Shown piece by piece: positions 11,016 to 21,767 of a stretch of 64,000 nt of DNA (its first letter is position 1; each line of letters opens with the position of its first letter). The translations under genes and the position numbers were made by a program. Under the pieces are notes generated by a model. That model worked only from the letters and a program-made list of their open reading frames with translations. It had not been told where the DNA came from and ran no database searches. The DNA is taken from assembly GCA_041651155.1 (NCBI GenBank), contig JBAZJU010000007.1, positions 15,693 through 79,692 on the forward strand, in the 5' to 3' direction. This stretch comes from Patescibacteria group bacterium. GTDB lineage: Bacteria > Patescibacteriota > Patescibacteriia > CAIXNZ01.

Positions 11016-12462
11016 TTTTTGTGCAGATTATAATATTAAAAGCATTAAAAGTATTTAATAAGGGAATTTGATTTAATAATCTATTTAATTTTTCGAAAAA
11101 CATTGAATAATTATATAAAGACGTCGGCAAGAAAGCATATTTTTCTGCCTCGTCAATTTTGAAGCCATTATTTAATATAATTTTATTTAAATTAAATATA
11201 TTGCTGCGCCAATACTCAAAATTTAAATGGCTTCTAGTTTGCCCCAGGCGTATTAAAAATGGTATAAACATTAAATTAAGGGGGTTAAATTCAAAAATAA
11301 TTAATTTTCCATCATGTTTTAAGGCTTTTTTTATATTTTGCAATATCAAATTTTTATCTTTTGTATGATGGAGCATGTTAACAACTAAAACATAGTCAAA
11401 GTAATTAGAATATAGAAAATTCGTAAAATCACCGACAATTCCCACGAAATTATTTATACCCTCGCGTTTGGAAATATGATTGGCTGTTTCTATAGATTTT
11501 TCTGATATATCATAACCAACGACTTCTTTCGCCTTTTTTGCTAATTCCATTGAATATCTGCCAGTGCCGCAACCAAGATCTAAAACTGATTTATCGTCTA
11601 ATTTATCGCCCATTTTACCCAAAATTTTCGCATACTCAAATTCCGAGGATTTGTTTTTTTTAGCAACAACGTTTTTTCTTAAATTGGAAAATTTATCAAA
11701 TTCTTTGCTTTGGAATTTTGAAAACTTATCATACTTAATTTCATTTAAAACAAATAATGAGTTCAGTTTGTTATCATATATCTTTTTATAACCAAGCTCA
11801 ATTAGAAATTTTTCATGATTATCTTCCTTTTTGTTATCAGAATTATTAATGTCGTGCGAGACCGATTCGATGCAAATAACTTTGGGTTTAAATTTTAACC
11901 AATCATTGCTTTGCAAAACCTGCATATCAAATCCTTCGGTATCAATACTAAAAAAATCAATATCTTGATTATTGCAATATTTTGCTAAAATATCACGCAA
12001 TTTTATCGTTTCAATTTCCATTTTATCAACTAATTTATAGCCCTGGGAAATATATCTATCGGCTTCTTTCATGGAAAAAGTAGATAATGTATCCGGCATA
12101 AACTTATAAAAAGTTGCTTTGTGATTTTCTACTCCTATGCCTATGTTTAAATTTATATCACGAGCTCTTTCACACTTGAATTTATTATAATTATTAAAAT
12201 CCGGTTCGATATTTATACCATGCCAGCCTTTTTTATAGAATCTCTTTGTATTGCTAAATCTGTTGGGATCGTTCGCCCCAATATCAACATAAAAACCGCT
12301 TCTCTTATTGCCAAGAAAACGATCAATTGCCAAATCTTCTCCTTTTTGGCTGTATGAGTTTCTTATTATTCGCATAAAAATTTTATTTTTTACTTCATAA
12401 AGGCAATAAATAAAAAACTTTTTTACGCCATACATTTTAAATTTGTCCTTCAAATGCTTCAT
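11005..12462 (-). CDS. Fusion of an FkbM-family methyltransferase and a class I SAM methyltransferase
   Basis: YSQKGED, YVDIGAND, SIDTEGFD (FkbM); second domain VLDLGCGTG...NMLHH. Confidence 0.85.
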   Translation of the reverse strand: MKHLKDKFKMYGVKKFFIYCLYEVKNKIFMRIIRNSYSQKGEDLAIDRFLGNKRSGFYVDIGANDPNRFSNTKRFYKKGWHGINIEPDFNNYNKFKCERARDINLNIGIGVENHKATFYKFMPDTLSTFSMKEADRYISQGYKLVDKMEIETIKLRDILAKYCNNQDIDFFSIDTEGFDMQVLQSNDWLKFKPKVICIESVSHDINNSDNKKEDNHEKFLIELGYKKIYDNKLNSLFVLNEIKYDKFSKFQSKEFDKFSNLRKNVVAKKNKSSEFEYAKILGKMGDKLDDKSVLDLGCGTGRYSMELAKKAKEVVGYDISEKSIETANHISKREGINNFVGIVGDFTNFLYSNYFDYVLVVNMLHHTKDKNLILQNIKKALKHDGKLIIFEFNPLNLMFIPFLIRLGQTRSHLNFEYWRSNIFNLNKIILNNGFKIDEAEKYAFLPTSLYNYSMFFEKLNRLLNQIPLLNTFNAFNIIICTKNEK

Positions 12463-13622
12463 AATATCTTGCTCAGGTTTTTATAAAAAATTAAATTCCA
12501 ATCAAACTGTTTGGCATAATTTAAGGCGTTTTTGCGAAATTGTTTAAGTAATTCTTCATTTTTCATTAGGTTAATAACAGCTCGAGTAATATTTTCCTTA
12601 TCATCATCTATAATTAAACCGCATTTTTTATTTAAAATTTCTTTTGAATTATGGGGCACATCAGTAAGCAAAATCGGTACGCCACAACCCAAATAAACTT
12701 TAATTTTGCTCGGATCGGCGAAATAGGTGAAAGTTAAATTGTTATTTTGATCGTATTTTTCGTATAAAGCAACCGCTAAAGCAGATTTGGCAAGCTTATT
12801 TTCTATATTCGCATGATCTTTTAAGTAGCCGGTAAATTCCAGACATTCATTTATTTTAAAATCCTGAGCCATCTTTTTTAAATATTCCGCATAATTACCA
12901 TCGCCTATGATTAAAAATTTAAAATCAGGTATTTCTTTTAAGATGCCGGGGATTGCCCTTAAGACATATTGGATGCCTTGTTTTTTAATCAGATGCCCCA
13001 TGAAGACAAGGGTATGTTTATTGATCTCATTAAAATTATATTTTTTTATTCTTTTAAACCAAATGCCGATAGGCACGATTTTTTGTTTTTTATCGGCAAA
13101 ACCAAAATATTCCAGGCGAGCTTGCTCCATCCGCGGAGATAAATTCCAGGTTTCATCGCAATGCCTGACGCAAAATTGATCTACCCAATGATAAATTTTA
13201 TTTAAAATTTTGCTTTTAAATCTTTTCGGATTATAATCAATAACATAATAAATTACCTTATTCGTTCTTTTTACATATTTTAATAAAAGGCCGCTGAAAG
13301 CGTTTAGATTATTACTGCCGATATAAATATCCCACTTTGTTTTTTGCTTGAAAGACCAGTAAAAATTTAAAATTATGCTTTTAAGATAACTCCACGGTTC
13401 CCAAAGTTTTTTGATTTTCTTATATGTCTCTGTAATTTTTTTGCCCTGTTTATATATTTCGTAACCAGAGCCGTTAAGTTTAATGTCATAAAATAACGGA
13501 TGGCCGACAAATAATAATTTATTGATTTTATTTAACAATAAAAATTCTTTCAGGTCCTGGGCAGGGCCGGTCGCAAAGACATGGGTTGCGATGATAATGT
13601 TTTTATTTTCTAATTTGTTCAT
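12459..13622 (-). CDS. Glycosyltransferase family 4 (GT-B)
   Basis: VFMGHLIKKQG, IIGDG, PSKIKVYLGCGVP, FDW C-terminal motif. Confidence 0.85.
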   Translation of the reverse strand: MNKLENKNIIIATHVFATGPAQDLKEFLLLNKINKLLFVGHPLFYDIKLNGSGYEIYKQGKKITETYKKIKKLWEPWSYLKSIILNFYWSFKQKTKWDIYIGSNNLNAFSGLLLKYVKRTNKVIYYVIDYNPKRFKSKILNKIYHWVDQFCVRHCDETWNLSPRMEQARLEYFGFADKKQKIVPIGIWFKRIKKYNFNEINKHTLVFMGHLIKKQGIQYVLRAIPGILKEIPDFKFLIIGDGNYAEYLKKMAQDFKINECLEFTGYLKDHANIENKLAKSALAVALYEKYDQNNNLTFTYFADPSKIKVYLGCGVPILLTDVPHNSKEILNKKCGLIIDDDKENITRAVINLMKNEELLKQFRKNALNYAKQFDWNLIFYKNLSKIL

Positions 13623-14544
13623 AATTTTTTATAAACCATTGATAGGTCTTTTTAAGGCCTTCGTCTAAAGGAGTTGGGGCTTGCCAACCCAAAGCACTTA
13701 ATTTGCCGACATCAAGCAGCTTTCTCGGGGTGCCATCCGGCTTGTTTGTATCCCATAAAATTTTCCCCTTGTAATCAACGATGTCCTTTATTTTGTAAGC
13801 AAGCTCTTTTATTTTCAGATCAATCCCTGTGCCAATATTGATTATTTCTGAATCGTTATAATTATTCATTAAATAGAGGCAGGCATCGGCGAGGTCGTCA
13901 ACATATAAAAATTCTCGATAAACTTCGCCAGAACCCCATAAGATTATTTCTTCTTTTTTTTCTATTTTAGCTTCATGAAATTTTCTGATTAAAGCGGGTA
14001 AGACATGAGAGTTTTCTAAATCAAAATTATCATTTGGCCCATAGAGATTAGTAGGCATAATTGAAATAAAATTAGTATTATATTGTTCATTAAAACTTTG
14101 ACACATTTTAATGCCGGCAATTTTGGCAATAGCGTAAGCATCATTTGTGTCTTCAAGTTTGTCTGAAAGTAGATATTCTTCTTTGATAGGTTGAGGACAA
14201 TTTCTGGGATAGATGCACGAGCTGCCTAGAAATAAAAGTTTATTAGTCCCAAATTTCCAGGCGTAATAAATTACATTGTTTTGGATTTGCAAATTTTCTA
14301 AGATAAAATCAGCCTTGTTGAGTTTATTGCTCATGATGCCGCCAACTTTAGCTGCGGCTAAAAAAACAAATTCGGGTTTTTCTGACCGGAAAAAGTCTGA
14401 GACAGAATTTTGATTTAGCAAATCCAATTCTTGTCTGGTTTTTAAAATTAAATTATTATAGCCATCAGCTTGGAGCCTTCTTAAAATAGCAGAGCCAACC
14501 AAGCCGCGATGGCCAGCGATTAAAATCTTTGAATCACTATTCAT
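13603..14544 (-). CDS. fcl: GDP-L-fucose synthase
   Basis: GHRGLVGSA, AAAKVGGI, SSCIYP, YAIAK, PTNLYGP, SHVLPAL. Confidence 0.95.
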   Translation of the reverse strand: MNSDSKILIAGHRGLVGSAILRRLQADGYNNLILKTRQELDLLNQNSVSDFFRSEKPEFVFLAAAKVGGIMSNKLNKADFILENLQIQNNVIYYAWKFGTNKLLFLGSSCIYPRNCPQPIKEEYLLSDKLEDTNDAYAIAKIAGIKMCQSFNEQYNTNFISIMPTNLYGPNDNFDLENSHVLPALIRKFHEAKIEKKEEIILWGSGEVYREFLYVDDLADACLYLMNNYNDSEIINIGTGIDLKIKELAYKIKDIVDYKGKILWDTNKPDGTPRKLLDVGKLSALGWQAPTPLDEGLKKTYQWFIKNYEQIRK

Positions 14545-14545
14545 A

Positions 14546-15583
14546 TTATTTATTTTTTTGGTGGGTTTTAAAATCTGCTTCTACCATTATTTTGATTAAT
14601 TCATGAAATTTGGTTTTTGGCTCCCAGCTTAAAATTCTTTTTGCTTTGCTAGCGTCGCCGATTAAAAAATCAACCTCTGCTGGTCTAAAATATTTTGGAT
14701 CAATTTCAACGATCACTTGTCCGCTTTTTTTATCAATCCCTTTTTCATTTAAGCCTTCCCCCTCCCAGGCGAGATTAAAATCCAAGAGTTGAGCGGTTAA
14801 TTCAACAAATTCCCTGACCGAATGAGTTTCACCTGTAGCTAAGATATAATCATCGGGGTTTTCCTGTTGCAGCATTAAATACATTCCCTCAACGAAATCT
14901 TTGGCATAGCCCCAGTCGCGCTTGGCTTCTAAATTGCCCAGATAAATTTTTTCCTCCAGACCCAATTTAATGCGGGTCAAGCCCCTGGTTATTTTACGGG
15001 TGACAAAAGTTTCACCGCGGCGCGGCGATTCATGATTAAAGAGGATGCCATTGCAGGCAAAAAGGTTATAACTTTCCCGGTAATTTTTAGTGATCCAATA
15101 AGCAAAAATTTTAGCGCAGCCGTAAGGACTTCGGGGATAAAACGGCGTCGTTTCCTTTTGCGGAATTTCCAAGACCTTGCCAAACATTTCAGAAGACGAA
15201 GCCTGATAAAATTTTGTTTTAAAGCCAGTTTCTTTGATAGCATCTAAAATTCTTAAAGTGCCTAGCCCAGTCACATCCGCTGTATATTCGGGGATATCAA
15301 AACTGATCCTGACATGACTTTGCGCACCCAGATGGTAAATTTCATCTGGCTTTATTTTTTCTATTAAGCGGGAGATATTGCTGCTGTCAGTTAAATCTCC
15401 GTAATGCAGAGTAAGCCGCACGTTGTCTAAATGGGGGTCTTGGTATAAATGCTCTATCCGATTGGTATTAAAATTGCTGGAACGCCTGATGATTCCATGC
15501 ACCTCATAACCTTTTTCTAAAAGCAATTCAGCCAGATAACTGCCATCTTGGCCGGTAATCCCGGTAATTAAAGCTTTTTTCAT
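14546..15583 (-). CDS. gmd: GDP-mannose 4,6-dehydratase (start moved to the [11 protein letters not shown])
   Basis: [42 protein letters not shown]. Confidence 0.96.
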   Translation of the reverse strand: MKKALITGITGQDGSYLAELLLEKGYEVHGIIRRSSNFNTNRIEHLYQDPHLDNVRLTLHYGDLTDSSNISRLIEKIKPDEIYHLGAQSHVRISFDIPEYTADVTGLGTLRILDAIKETGFKTKFYQASSSEMFGKVLEIPQKETTPFYPRSPYGCAKIFAYWITKNYRESYNLFACNGILFNHESPRRGETFVTRKITRGLTRIKLGLEEKIYLGNLEAKRDWGYAKDFVEGMYLMLQQENPDDYILATGETHSVREFVELTAQLLDFNLAWEGEGLNEKGIDKKSGQVIVEIDPKYFRPAEVDFLIGDASKAKRILSWEPKTKFHELIKIMVEADFKTHQKNK

Positions 15584-15605
15584 AATTCCTAAAAATAATT
15601 TATAT

Positions 15606-16643
15606 TTATTGTTTCCAATTATTACGATTAAATTCACCCTGATTAAATATCCCGACAAATTTTCCCCAGCTATAGATAATTAGAGTTGCCCAACAGGCAG
15701 GGATATGGAAAAACCAGGCCCAATCCCTTTTTTTATAAAAACCTTTAAGCGCCTGAAATAAAAGCGGGAAAGTTAATATGGTATAAATAATAAATTTATA
15801 TAAACCTAAGGAAGAACGGCCGCTGATTTCAAATTGATCCCAATCAAAAGTTCTGGATTTATTTTTTTTATGATAAATATAATCTTTAATCCGCCTTTTT
15901 TGCTTTCTAATGAATTTTTTGAAATCATTTTCGCAAAAAGTATGAATAATGCCCGTTTTAACCTTGGCGATAAAAATGTGTCCATTAATTTTAAATTCAT
16001 TGGCGATTACATCAATGTCAAATAAATAGTTGGAGTTATTAAAATTTTGTAAAAATTCCCGGCGAAAAATCGTGCCATTAGCACCGACCGTGGGTAAGCC
16101 ATTAGCTGTCAATTTTATTTTTAAATAATTACCAATATCAGCTTCTTTATGCTTAACTTCTGTCCATTTTTGCGTTAAGAAATTCCAGCGGTCATAATTA
16201 CCCAAAAATAAACAAAGAGGATCATTCATGCCGATTAGCGCGCAATAACGTTCAATACACCCGCCTTCTTTTCGCCAAGTATATAAAATCGGCTCAGCCA
16301 GTTTTATCTGCGCATCTTCAAATGGTTCCACCATTTTACTTAACCAATTTCTATCAGGCAAATAATTATCGGAATCAAGAATTAAAATTAAATCATGCTT
16401 GGCAAATTTAATTGCCACGGCCTTGCCAGACTCGCCAGTCTTTAAAGGGTTATCATATATTTGACCATCATAATTTTTTATTATTTCCCTGGTTTTGTCA
16501 GCAGAATTGCCATCGCCGACTATTAATTCAATCTTTTCCATTGGATAATTCTGCTTAAATAATCTTTCTAAGCATTCCTGCAAAGGTATTTCAGCATTTA
16601 AAGTTGCCATGCAAACGCTAATTGTCGGTAAATAATTTTCCAT
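15606..16643 (-). CDS. Glycosyltransferase family 2
   Basis: [22 protein letters not shown]; C-terminal TM helices. Confidence 0.85.
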   Translation of the reverse strand: MENYLPTISVCMATLNAEIPLQECLERLFKQNYPMEKIELIVGDGNSADKTREIIKNYDGQIYDNPLKTGESGKAVAIKFAKHDLILILDSDNYLPDRNWLSKMVEPFEDAQIKLAEPILYTWRKEGGCIERYCALIGMNDPLCLFLGNYDRWNFLTQKWTEVKHKEADIGNYLKIKLTANGLPTVGANGTIFRREFLQNFNNSNYLFDIDVIANEFKINGHIFIAKVKTGIIHTFCENDFKKFIRKQKRRIKDYIYHKKNKSRTFDWDQFEISGRSSLGLYKFIIYTILTFPLLFQALKGFYKKRDWAWFFHIPACWATLIIYSWGKFVGIFNQGEFNRNNWKQ

Positions 16644-16649
16644 GTTATA

Positions 16650-18116
16650 TTATTTAAAATCGTTTAAGTGCGCTAAAACTTTAATCCCCGCGTTATAAAG
16701 AAATTTTAATTGAGCCAGAGAACGGATACTTGCAATTTTTTTAATTATAAATATTGGCGATAAAAATGATTTATACAAATCCTGAGTCATTTTTTTAACT
16801 TCTTCAGAAGTTAAACCTGACTTCATTACCTGCTCCCTTTGATCAAAGCGTTCATAATCAGTAAAATTCAAGAGATTGTTTTTTAAACAATAATCATAAA
16901 GGGGCGTGCCGGGATAGGGGATGACAATTGTTGCCTGCAAAGTATCAACATAGCTCTTTTTAAATAAATTTTTCGCTAATTCAATGGTTTTTTGCGCGTC
17001 TGCTTTGCTTTCCCATGGATAGCCGACCATAGCCGTAATATGCGGTTCCAAGCCGGCTTGCTTGCATAATTTTAGATTTGTTTCAATTTCATCAACTCTT
17101 AAATTTTTATTAATTCTTTTCAGGGTTTTTTGGTTAGCTGATTCCAAGCCGAAAAGTACCAGGCGAAAACCGGCTTTTTTCATTAATTGCCAGGTTTTTA
17201 AATCAGAGATGGCATTTATTCGCATATTACAATCAATTTTCACTTTTTTATGATAGCCGCGCTCAATCATGCCCTGGCAAAATTCTTCCAGCCAAGATCC
17301 GATCGGCAAAGTGCCGGAATCTTCCATAATTTCTTTGACGCCTAAATCAATTAATAAGCCGACTTCGTCCAAGGCCTTGGCAGCCAAACGGGAGCGGCAG
17401 CTATTTCCGGGAAACATGGTTGTCCAGGAACAAAAAGTACAGCGTCCCCACCAGCAGTCGCGGGCGCTCATCATATAGGAGCCGGGGGTATATTTATAAT
17501 TGCCATTTTTATAAGCATAAAGCTTCCACTTTGTTAAATGGCGATCAATCATTGGCAAGTCGTCCAAAGAATTGTCCCGCAAACTATATAAGCCGCTGTT
17601 TTTTATTTCATTGTTTTGGCGAGACCAAAGGCCACCTTTTAATTTTTCCCTGCCTTCAAGATAATTCACTAAATTTAACAGAATAAAATCATAATCTCCG
17701 CCCTGAATAACAAAATTAACTTGAGAATTCAACAGGGATTCTTTAGGCAAGGCTGTCACGTGATCGCCCATGAGAACAATTTTCAATTCCCAATTTTCAA
17801 TTTTCAAACTTAATTCTTTAAGTTCATTAATAATCTGCCAGTGACGTTTAATCACTGGGGTTTTAGTTTCAATAGCGATAAGATCTGGCCTTTCTTCTAT
17901 AATTCTTGTTTGCCATTGTTCATAAGTTAAATTTTCCGCAATCGCGTCATCCCAAAAAACCTCATAGCCATTTTGCTTTAAAAGCGTGGCCGCATAAGCA
18001 GGGACCATGGGATAAATATAAGTCGGGCTGTTAAACCATTGGAACTGGCGATTCTGGGTTAAAAGCGGAGTGCCCTTATCTGATACCAATGGTGGAAATG
18101 ATATGGAGACCTTCAT
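16650..18116 (-). CDS. B12-binding-domain radical SAM enzyme (class B methyltransferase-like); start moved to the MKVSISFPP ATG
   Basis: CWWGRCTFC cluster motif; GLESANQ; PYPGTPLY. Confidence 0.85.
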   Translation of the reverse strand: MKVSISFPPLVSDKGTPLLTQNRQFQWFNSPTYIYPMVPAYAATLLKQNGYEVFWDDAIAENLTYEQWQTRIIEERPDLIAIETKTPVIKRHWQIINELKELSLKIENWELKIVLMGDHVTALPKESLLNSQVNFVIQGGDYDFILLNLVNYLEGREKLKGGLWSRQNNEIKNSGLYSLRDNSLDDLPMIDRHLTKWKLYAYKNGNYKYTPGSYMMSARDCWWGRCTFCSWTTMFPGNSCRSRLAAKALDEVGLLIDLGVKEIMEDSGTLPIGSWLEEFCQGMIERGYHKKVKIDCNMRINAISDLKTWQLMKKAGFRLVLFGLESANQKTLKRINKNLRVDEIETNLKLCKQAGLEPHITAMVGYPWESKADAQKTIELAKNLFKKSYVDTLQATIVIPYPGTPLYDYCLKNNLLNFTDYERFDQREQVMKSGLTSEEVKKMTQDLYKSFLSPIFIIKKIASIRSLAQLKFLYNAGIKVLAHLNDFK

Positions 18117-18213
18117 AAATATAGGAGATGATAAATACCAAGATTCAAAAGTCAAAAATAAATTTAAAGCTCAAAATTGAAATATCAAACTTTTATTGTT
18201 TTAAATTTTATTT

Positions 18214-19203
18214 TTATCGTAATTTGCTTTGTAATTCTTTAACAAAAATAAAACCCTGGATAAATTTCAAGCCATAAATTAAATGAGTAAAAAAAATATA
18301 GTACAGTGAATTTAATATAATTAAAATATTTTTTTCATGTTTATAAATTTCCCAAGCGGCAAAAATTAACGCGCTCAAATAAACCAGCCAGCCAAAAAAA
18401 TAAATCTTTATGAACTGACTAAAAAGTAAACTTGCGAATATGCCTAAAGCTACATAGGCCAGAAAAAAACTGGGCAAAAAGTATTTGAGCCTAAATGATG
18501 TCCGGGGAAACTTCTTGGCAAAAAAACCGCGGTGTAAGCCATAATTGCCTATTTGCTTCAAATGCTTAAACAGGCCTTGCCTACGATGATGCCAGACAAT
18601 TAATTCCGGATCATACAAAATTTTGTCTTTAAATTTCTCCACCAAATCTAGGCAAAACTTTGTGTCTTCACCCGGCCAATAAGCGCAGTCAAAGCCGCCA
18701 ACTTTAATAAATGCTTCTTTTCTGACTGATAGATTAACGCTTGGCCAGTCATCAATATATCGCTTTACCCCGACAGAACGATATCTTTCCGGAAAACCAC
18801 CAGCTACTTTGCTCAAAAATATTGAACCTGAAACTTTTTGCCAAAAGTTATCATCAACAGGAGTAATCGCAGGACCGCCAACAGCGACAAGACCAGTTTC
18901 CTTAAAATCAGAATCGAGCTTGGCTAAAAAATCATGATTAGGGTAGGCATCGTCATCAATAAAACATAAAATTTCACCCAAGGCATCTTTTATGGCCTGG
19001 CTTCTTTTTTGCGCAGGCCCGACATTACCGGTTTTTATCTGCCTGGTCTTGGGCCAAAATTCTGAATTAATTTCATCTGGATAAATAATTACTTCATAAT
19101 CATCTCTTTTGATCTCAAGGATTTTTGAGATTGATTCCCTGACATATCCATTTATTTCCTTAACTGGAATGATAAAACTAAATTTTATTTTTTTCGTATC
19201 CAT
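18214..19203 (-). CDS. Glycosyltransferase family 2
   Basis: FSFIIPV, FIDDDAYP, GGFD...GED. Confidence 0.9.
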   Translation of the reverse strand: MDTKKIKFSFIIPVKEINGYVRESISKILEIKRDDYEVIIYPDEINSEFWPKTRQIKTGNVGPAQKRSQAIKDALGEILCFIDDDAYPNHDFLAKLDSDFKETGLVAVGGPAITPVDDNFWQKVSGSIFLSKVAGGFPERYRSVGVKRYIDDWPSVNLSVRKEAFIKVGGFDCAYWPGEDTKFCLDLVEKFKDKILYDPELIVWHHRRQGLFKHLKQIGNYGLHRGFFAKKFPRTSFRLKYFLPSFFLAYVALGIFASLLFSQFIKIYFFGWLVYLSALIFAAWEIYKHEKNILIILNSLYYIFFTHLIYGLKFIQGFIFVKELQSKLR

Positions 19204-19292
19204 GAAGTTACAAAATATTTAATTTTCTGCAAACCCTCAAATTATATTTTAACCAATTAGTAGATTGGCAGCAGATTAGTAGATTCGTATCC

Positions 19293-20231
19293 TTAAAAGT
19301 TTTCTCTTTTTCTGATGACATAAATCGGACGATTAATTACTTCGCTGTGAATATGAGCGATATATAAGGCGATTAAGCCCAGACAGCTTAAAATAATACC
19401 CACCAAAAATAAAATAATAACCGCTAAGATTGCCGAACCGGTGAAATTCATTCGCCACGGATCATTAAAAATATATTTTTCCAAAACTATAAAAAGTCCC
19501 ATTATCCCAGAAACCAAAGTAATAAAGATGCCCAAATAACCTGCAATTTTCAAAGGGAACAAGCTTAAAGAAACAATGCTAGACATGGCCAGCTTTACTA
19601 GTTTTAAAGTGCCATAGCCAGGCACGCCATTTATCCGCGGTTGCGCATTAAAATAAACAAAATCTCTTTTAAACCCCAGCCAGGCTATCAGTCCTCTGGT
19701 CAGACGATTTTTTTCTGTAAAACGCCTGAATTCAGAGATTACTGCTTTGTCCAATAAGCGAAAATCAGTAGCACCCGATAAAAGCTCGGTCTCAGAAATT
19801 CTGCTCATTATTTTATAAAAAACAAGAGAGCCATATTTTTTTATAAATTTTTCACTACTATTTGATCTGACTCCCACAACTACTTCTGCGCCATTTTCCC
19901 ACTTAGCAATAAATTCGGGTATTAATTCCAGCGGATGCTGAAAATCCGCATCCAACATAATGGCGCAATCGCCAAAACAATTATGCAGCCCCGCTGTCAA
20001 AGCTATTTCCTTGCCAAAATTGCGGGAAAATTCTATGACCTTCACTTTATTATCCAGAACAGAAATTTTTTTTAATTCGCTCGCGGAACAGTCATTGCTG
20101 CCGTCATTGACAAATAATATCTCATAATTAAAAGGACAGCGTCCTAAAACTTTTTTCAGCCGATCATAGAGCAAGGGAATATTCCTTTCTTCGTTATAAA
20201 CCGGGACAATTAAAGAAATCGTTTTTTGCAT
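19293..20231 (-). CDS. Polyprenol-phosphate glycosyltransferase (GtrB/DPM1-like GT2)
   Basis: VPVYNEE, VNDGS, FSRNFGKE, DADFQHP; two C-terminal TM helices. Confidence 0.9.
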   Translation of the reverse strand: MQKTISLIVPVYNEERNIPLLYDRLKKVLGRCPFNYEILFVNDGSNDCSASELKKISVLDNKVKVIEFSRNFGKEIALTAGLHNCFGDCAIMLDADFQHPLELIPEFIAKWENGAEVVVGVRSNSSEKFIKKYGSLVFYKIMSRISETELLSGATDFRLLDKAVISEFRRFTEKNRLTRGLIAWLGFKRDFVYFNAQPRINGVPGYGTLKLVKLAMSSIVSLSLFPLKIAGYLGIFITLVSGIMGLFIVLEKYIFNDPWRMNFTGSAILAVIILFLVGIILSCLGLIALYIAHIHSEVINRPIYVIRKRENF

Positions 20232-20240
20232 ATTTTTTGA

Positions 20241-21551
20241 TTAAAGAGGGGGAATTTCCGCTGGCTGCAATTTTTGGCATTTTTTTACGGAAAAAGCATT
20301 ATAAAGCAGGCTCAACAAATAGCCGAATATTTGGGAACAAAAAATAGAAATGGCTATGGCAAAAATTGTCTGGTGAAAACGGGATATTAAAATCATTTCC
20401 AAGATGACAACGGCTGATAAAATATAATTAATTTTGAAATCATTCCTGGAATAAGCTAAATTCGCTTCCAGGCTCAAAAGCGACAATGACAGCGAAATAA
20501 GGGCAAATACCCAGAGATTATGAGCCATTGGCAGATATTTTGCGCCATAAAGCAAGCTAACAATCAGAGTGGGGAAATAATAATAAATTGCTAAGCCGCT
20601 TAAGCATATAATAAAAATTAGGGCATTGGCATAAAATAATGTTTTGTTGTCAAGTTTTTTATTTTGGCTATTTTGCGCGCAGGCTAAGGGCAAGACAACG
20701 GCAACTACAGATGAACTGGCCCAAAAGATTATTTTCCCCAGGATATTAAACGCGCCATAAAACCCCGCCGCTTCAGGTTTTAATAAGTTTTTCACCATCA
20801 GCATATCAACAGAACTAAGCATGGAAATTAAAAATGTAAAAAATAGGATCGGCAGAATTAAGCTTTTTATTTCCTTTTTTAACGCCTGGTCTGAAAAACC
20901 GTCTGCCCTCTTGTCTGGCGGATTTCCATAATATTTTTCTTTCTTTAAAAAAATCTTTAAAAATAAAAAACTAAATATGCCGGCTGCCACAATTCCCAGC
21001 AAAGCTGAAAAAACACTGGCGACAAACTGGACTAATAAAACACCGACAAATAATTTTACAGAAGCGCTCAAGATTGAATTCAAGCTGAGATGCTTAAAAT
21101 CCTGCCAGCCGTATAAAACTCCTGTTTTTATAACTATCAATAAGCTGAAAAAAACTCCCAGCCAGGTTAAAAACAAATTTGCGTAACTGCTTAAATGCAA
21201 ATATCTCATTAATAACGGGGAGAACAAAAGAAAAATCGCTGTCAAAATAACGGCTATTTTATAAATCTTCAGCCTTAACCAGTTATAAAACGCATAATTG
21301 CCCGGGTAATCATTTTTGGTAAAATACTCGGCTGAGTGTTTAATTGTGAAAAAGCTAATCGCCGCGCCCGGTACGGCCAAAATACTGATCAACGAGGTTA
21401 AAGATTGCAGCTCCCCATAGCCTGTTATGGTCAATTTACGCGAGACTAAAAGCTGAAAAATATAGCCTAAAAATCCAGCGGCAATATTGCCAAAGATCAA
21501 AATAAAGCTATTTCTAATAAACTTATTATGTAATAAGCGCCCTAAAGGCAT
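20241..21551 (-). CDS. Oligosaccharide flippase (Wzx/MOP family)
   Basis: About 12 TM segments; DMLMVK...AGFYGA motif; first gene of the glycan cluster. Confidence 0.8.
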   Translation of the reverse strand: MPLGRLLHNKFIRNSFILIFGNIAAGFLGYIFQLLVSRKLTITGYGELQSLTSLISILAVPGAAISFFTIKHSAEYFTKNDYPGNYAFYNWLRLKIYKIAVILTAIFLLFSPLLMRYLHLSSYANLFLTWLGVFFSLLIVIKTGVLYGWQDFKHLSLNSILSASVKLFVGVLLVQFVASVFSALLGIVAAGIFSFLFLKIFLKKEKYYGNPPDKRADGFSDQALKKEIKSLILPILFFTFLISMLSSVDMLMVKNLLKPEAAGFYGAFNILGKIIFWASSSVVAVVLPLACAQNSQNKKLDNKTLFYANALIFIICLSGLAIYYYFPTLIVSLLYGAKYLPMAHNLWVFALISLSLSLLSLEANLAYSRNDFKINYILSAVVILEMILISRFHQTIFAIAISIFCSQIFGYLLSLLYNAFSVKKCQKLQPAEIPPL

Positions 21552-21767
21552 TAGTGGCTGTTAATTCGTAATAAAAATTCTAAAAAAAATTAATCCAGAG
21601 TAATGACCTTATTTTACGCCAAGAAGATTAAGACGATGTAATGTATTTATTAAAATTTTCTAAAAAAACGTAACAGACCCCTTACCTTAAAAAATAAAAA
21701 AACATTGTATTCAAACAACGTTTTAAAACCGATCTGTTGGAGCCGGCTGTTCCTTTAAGGATAATAA

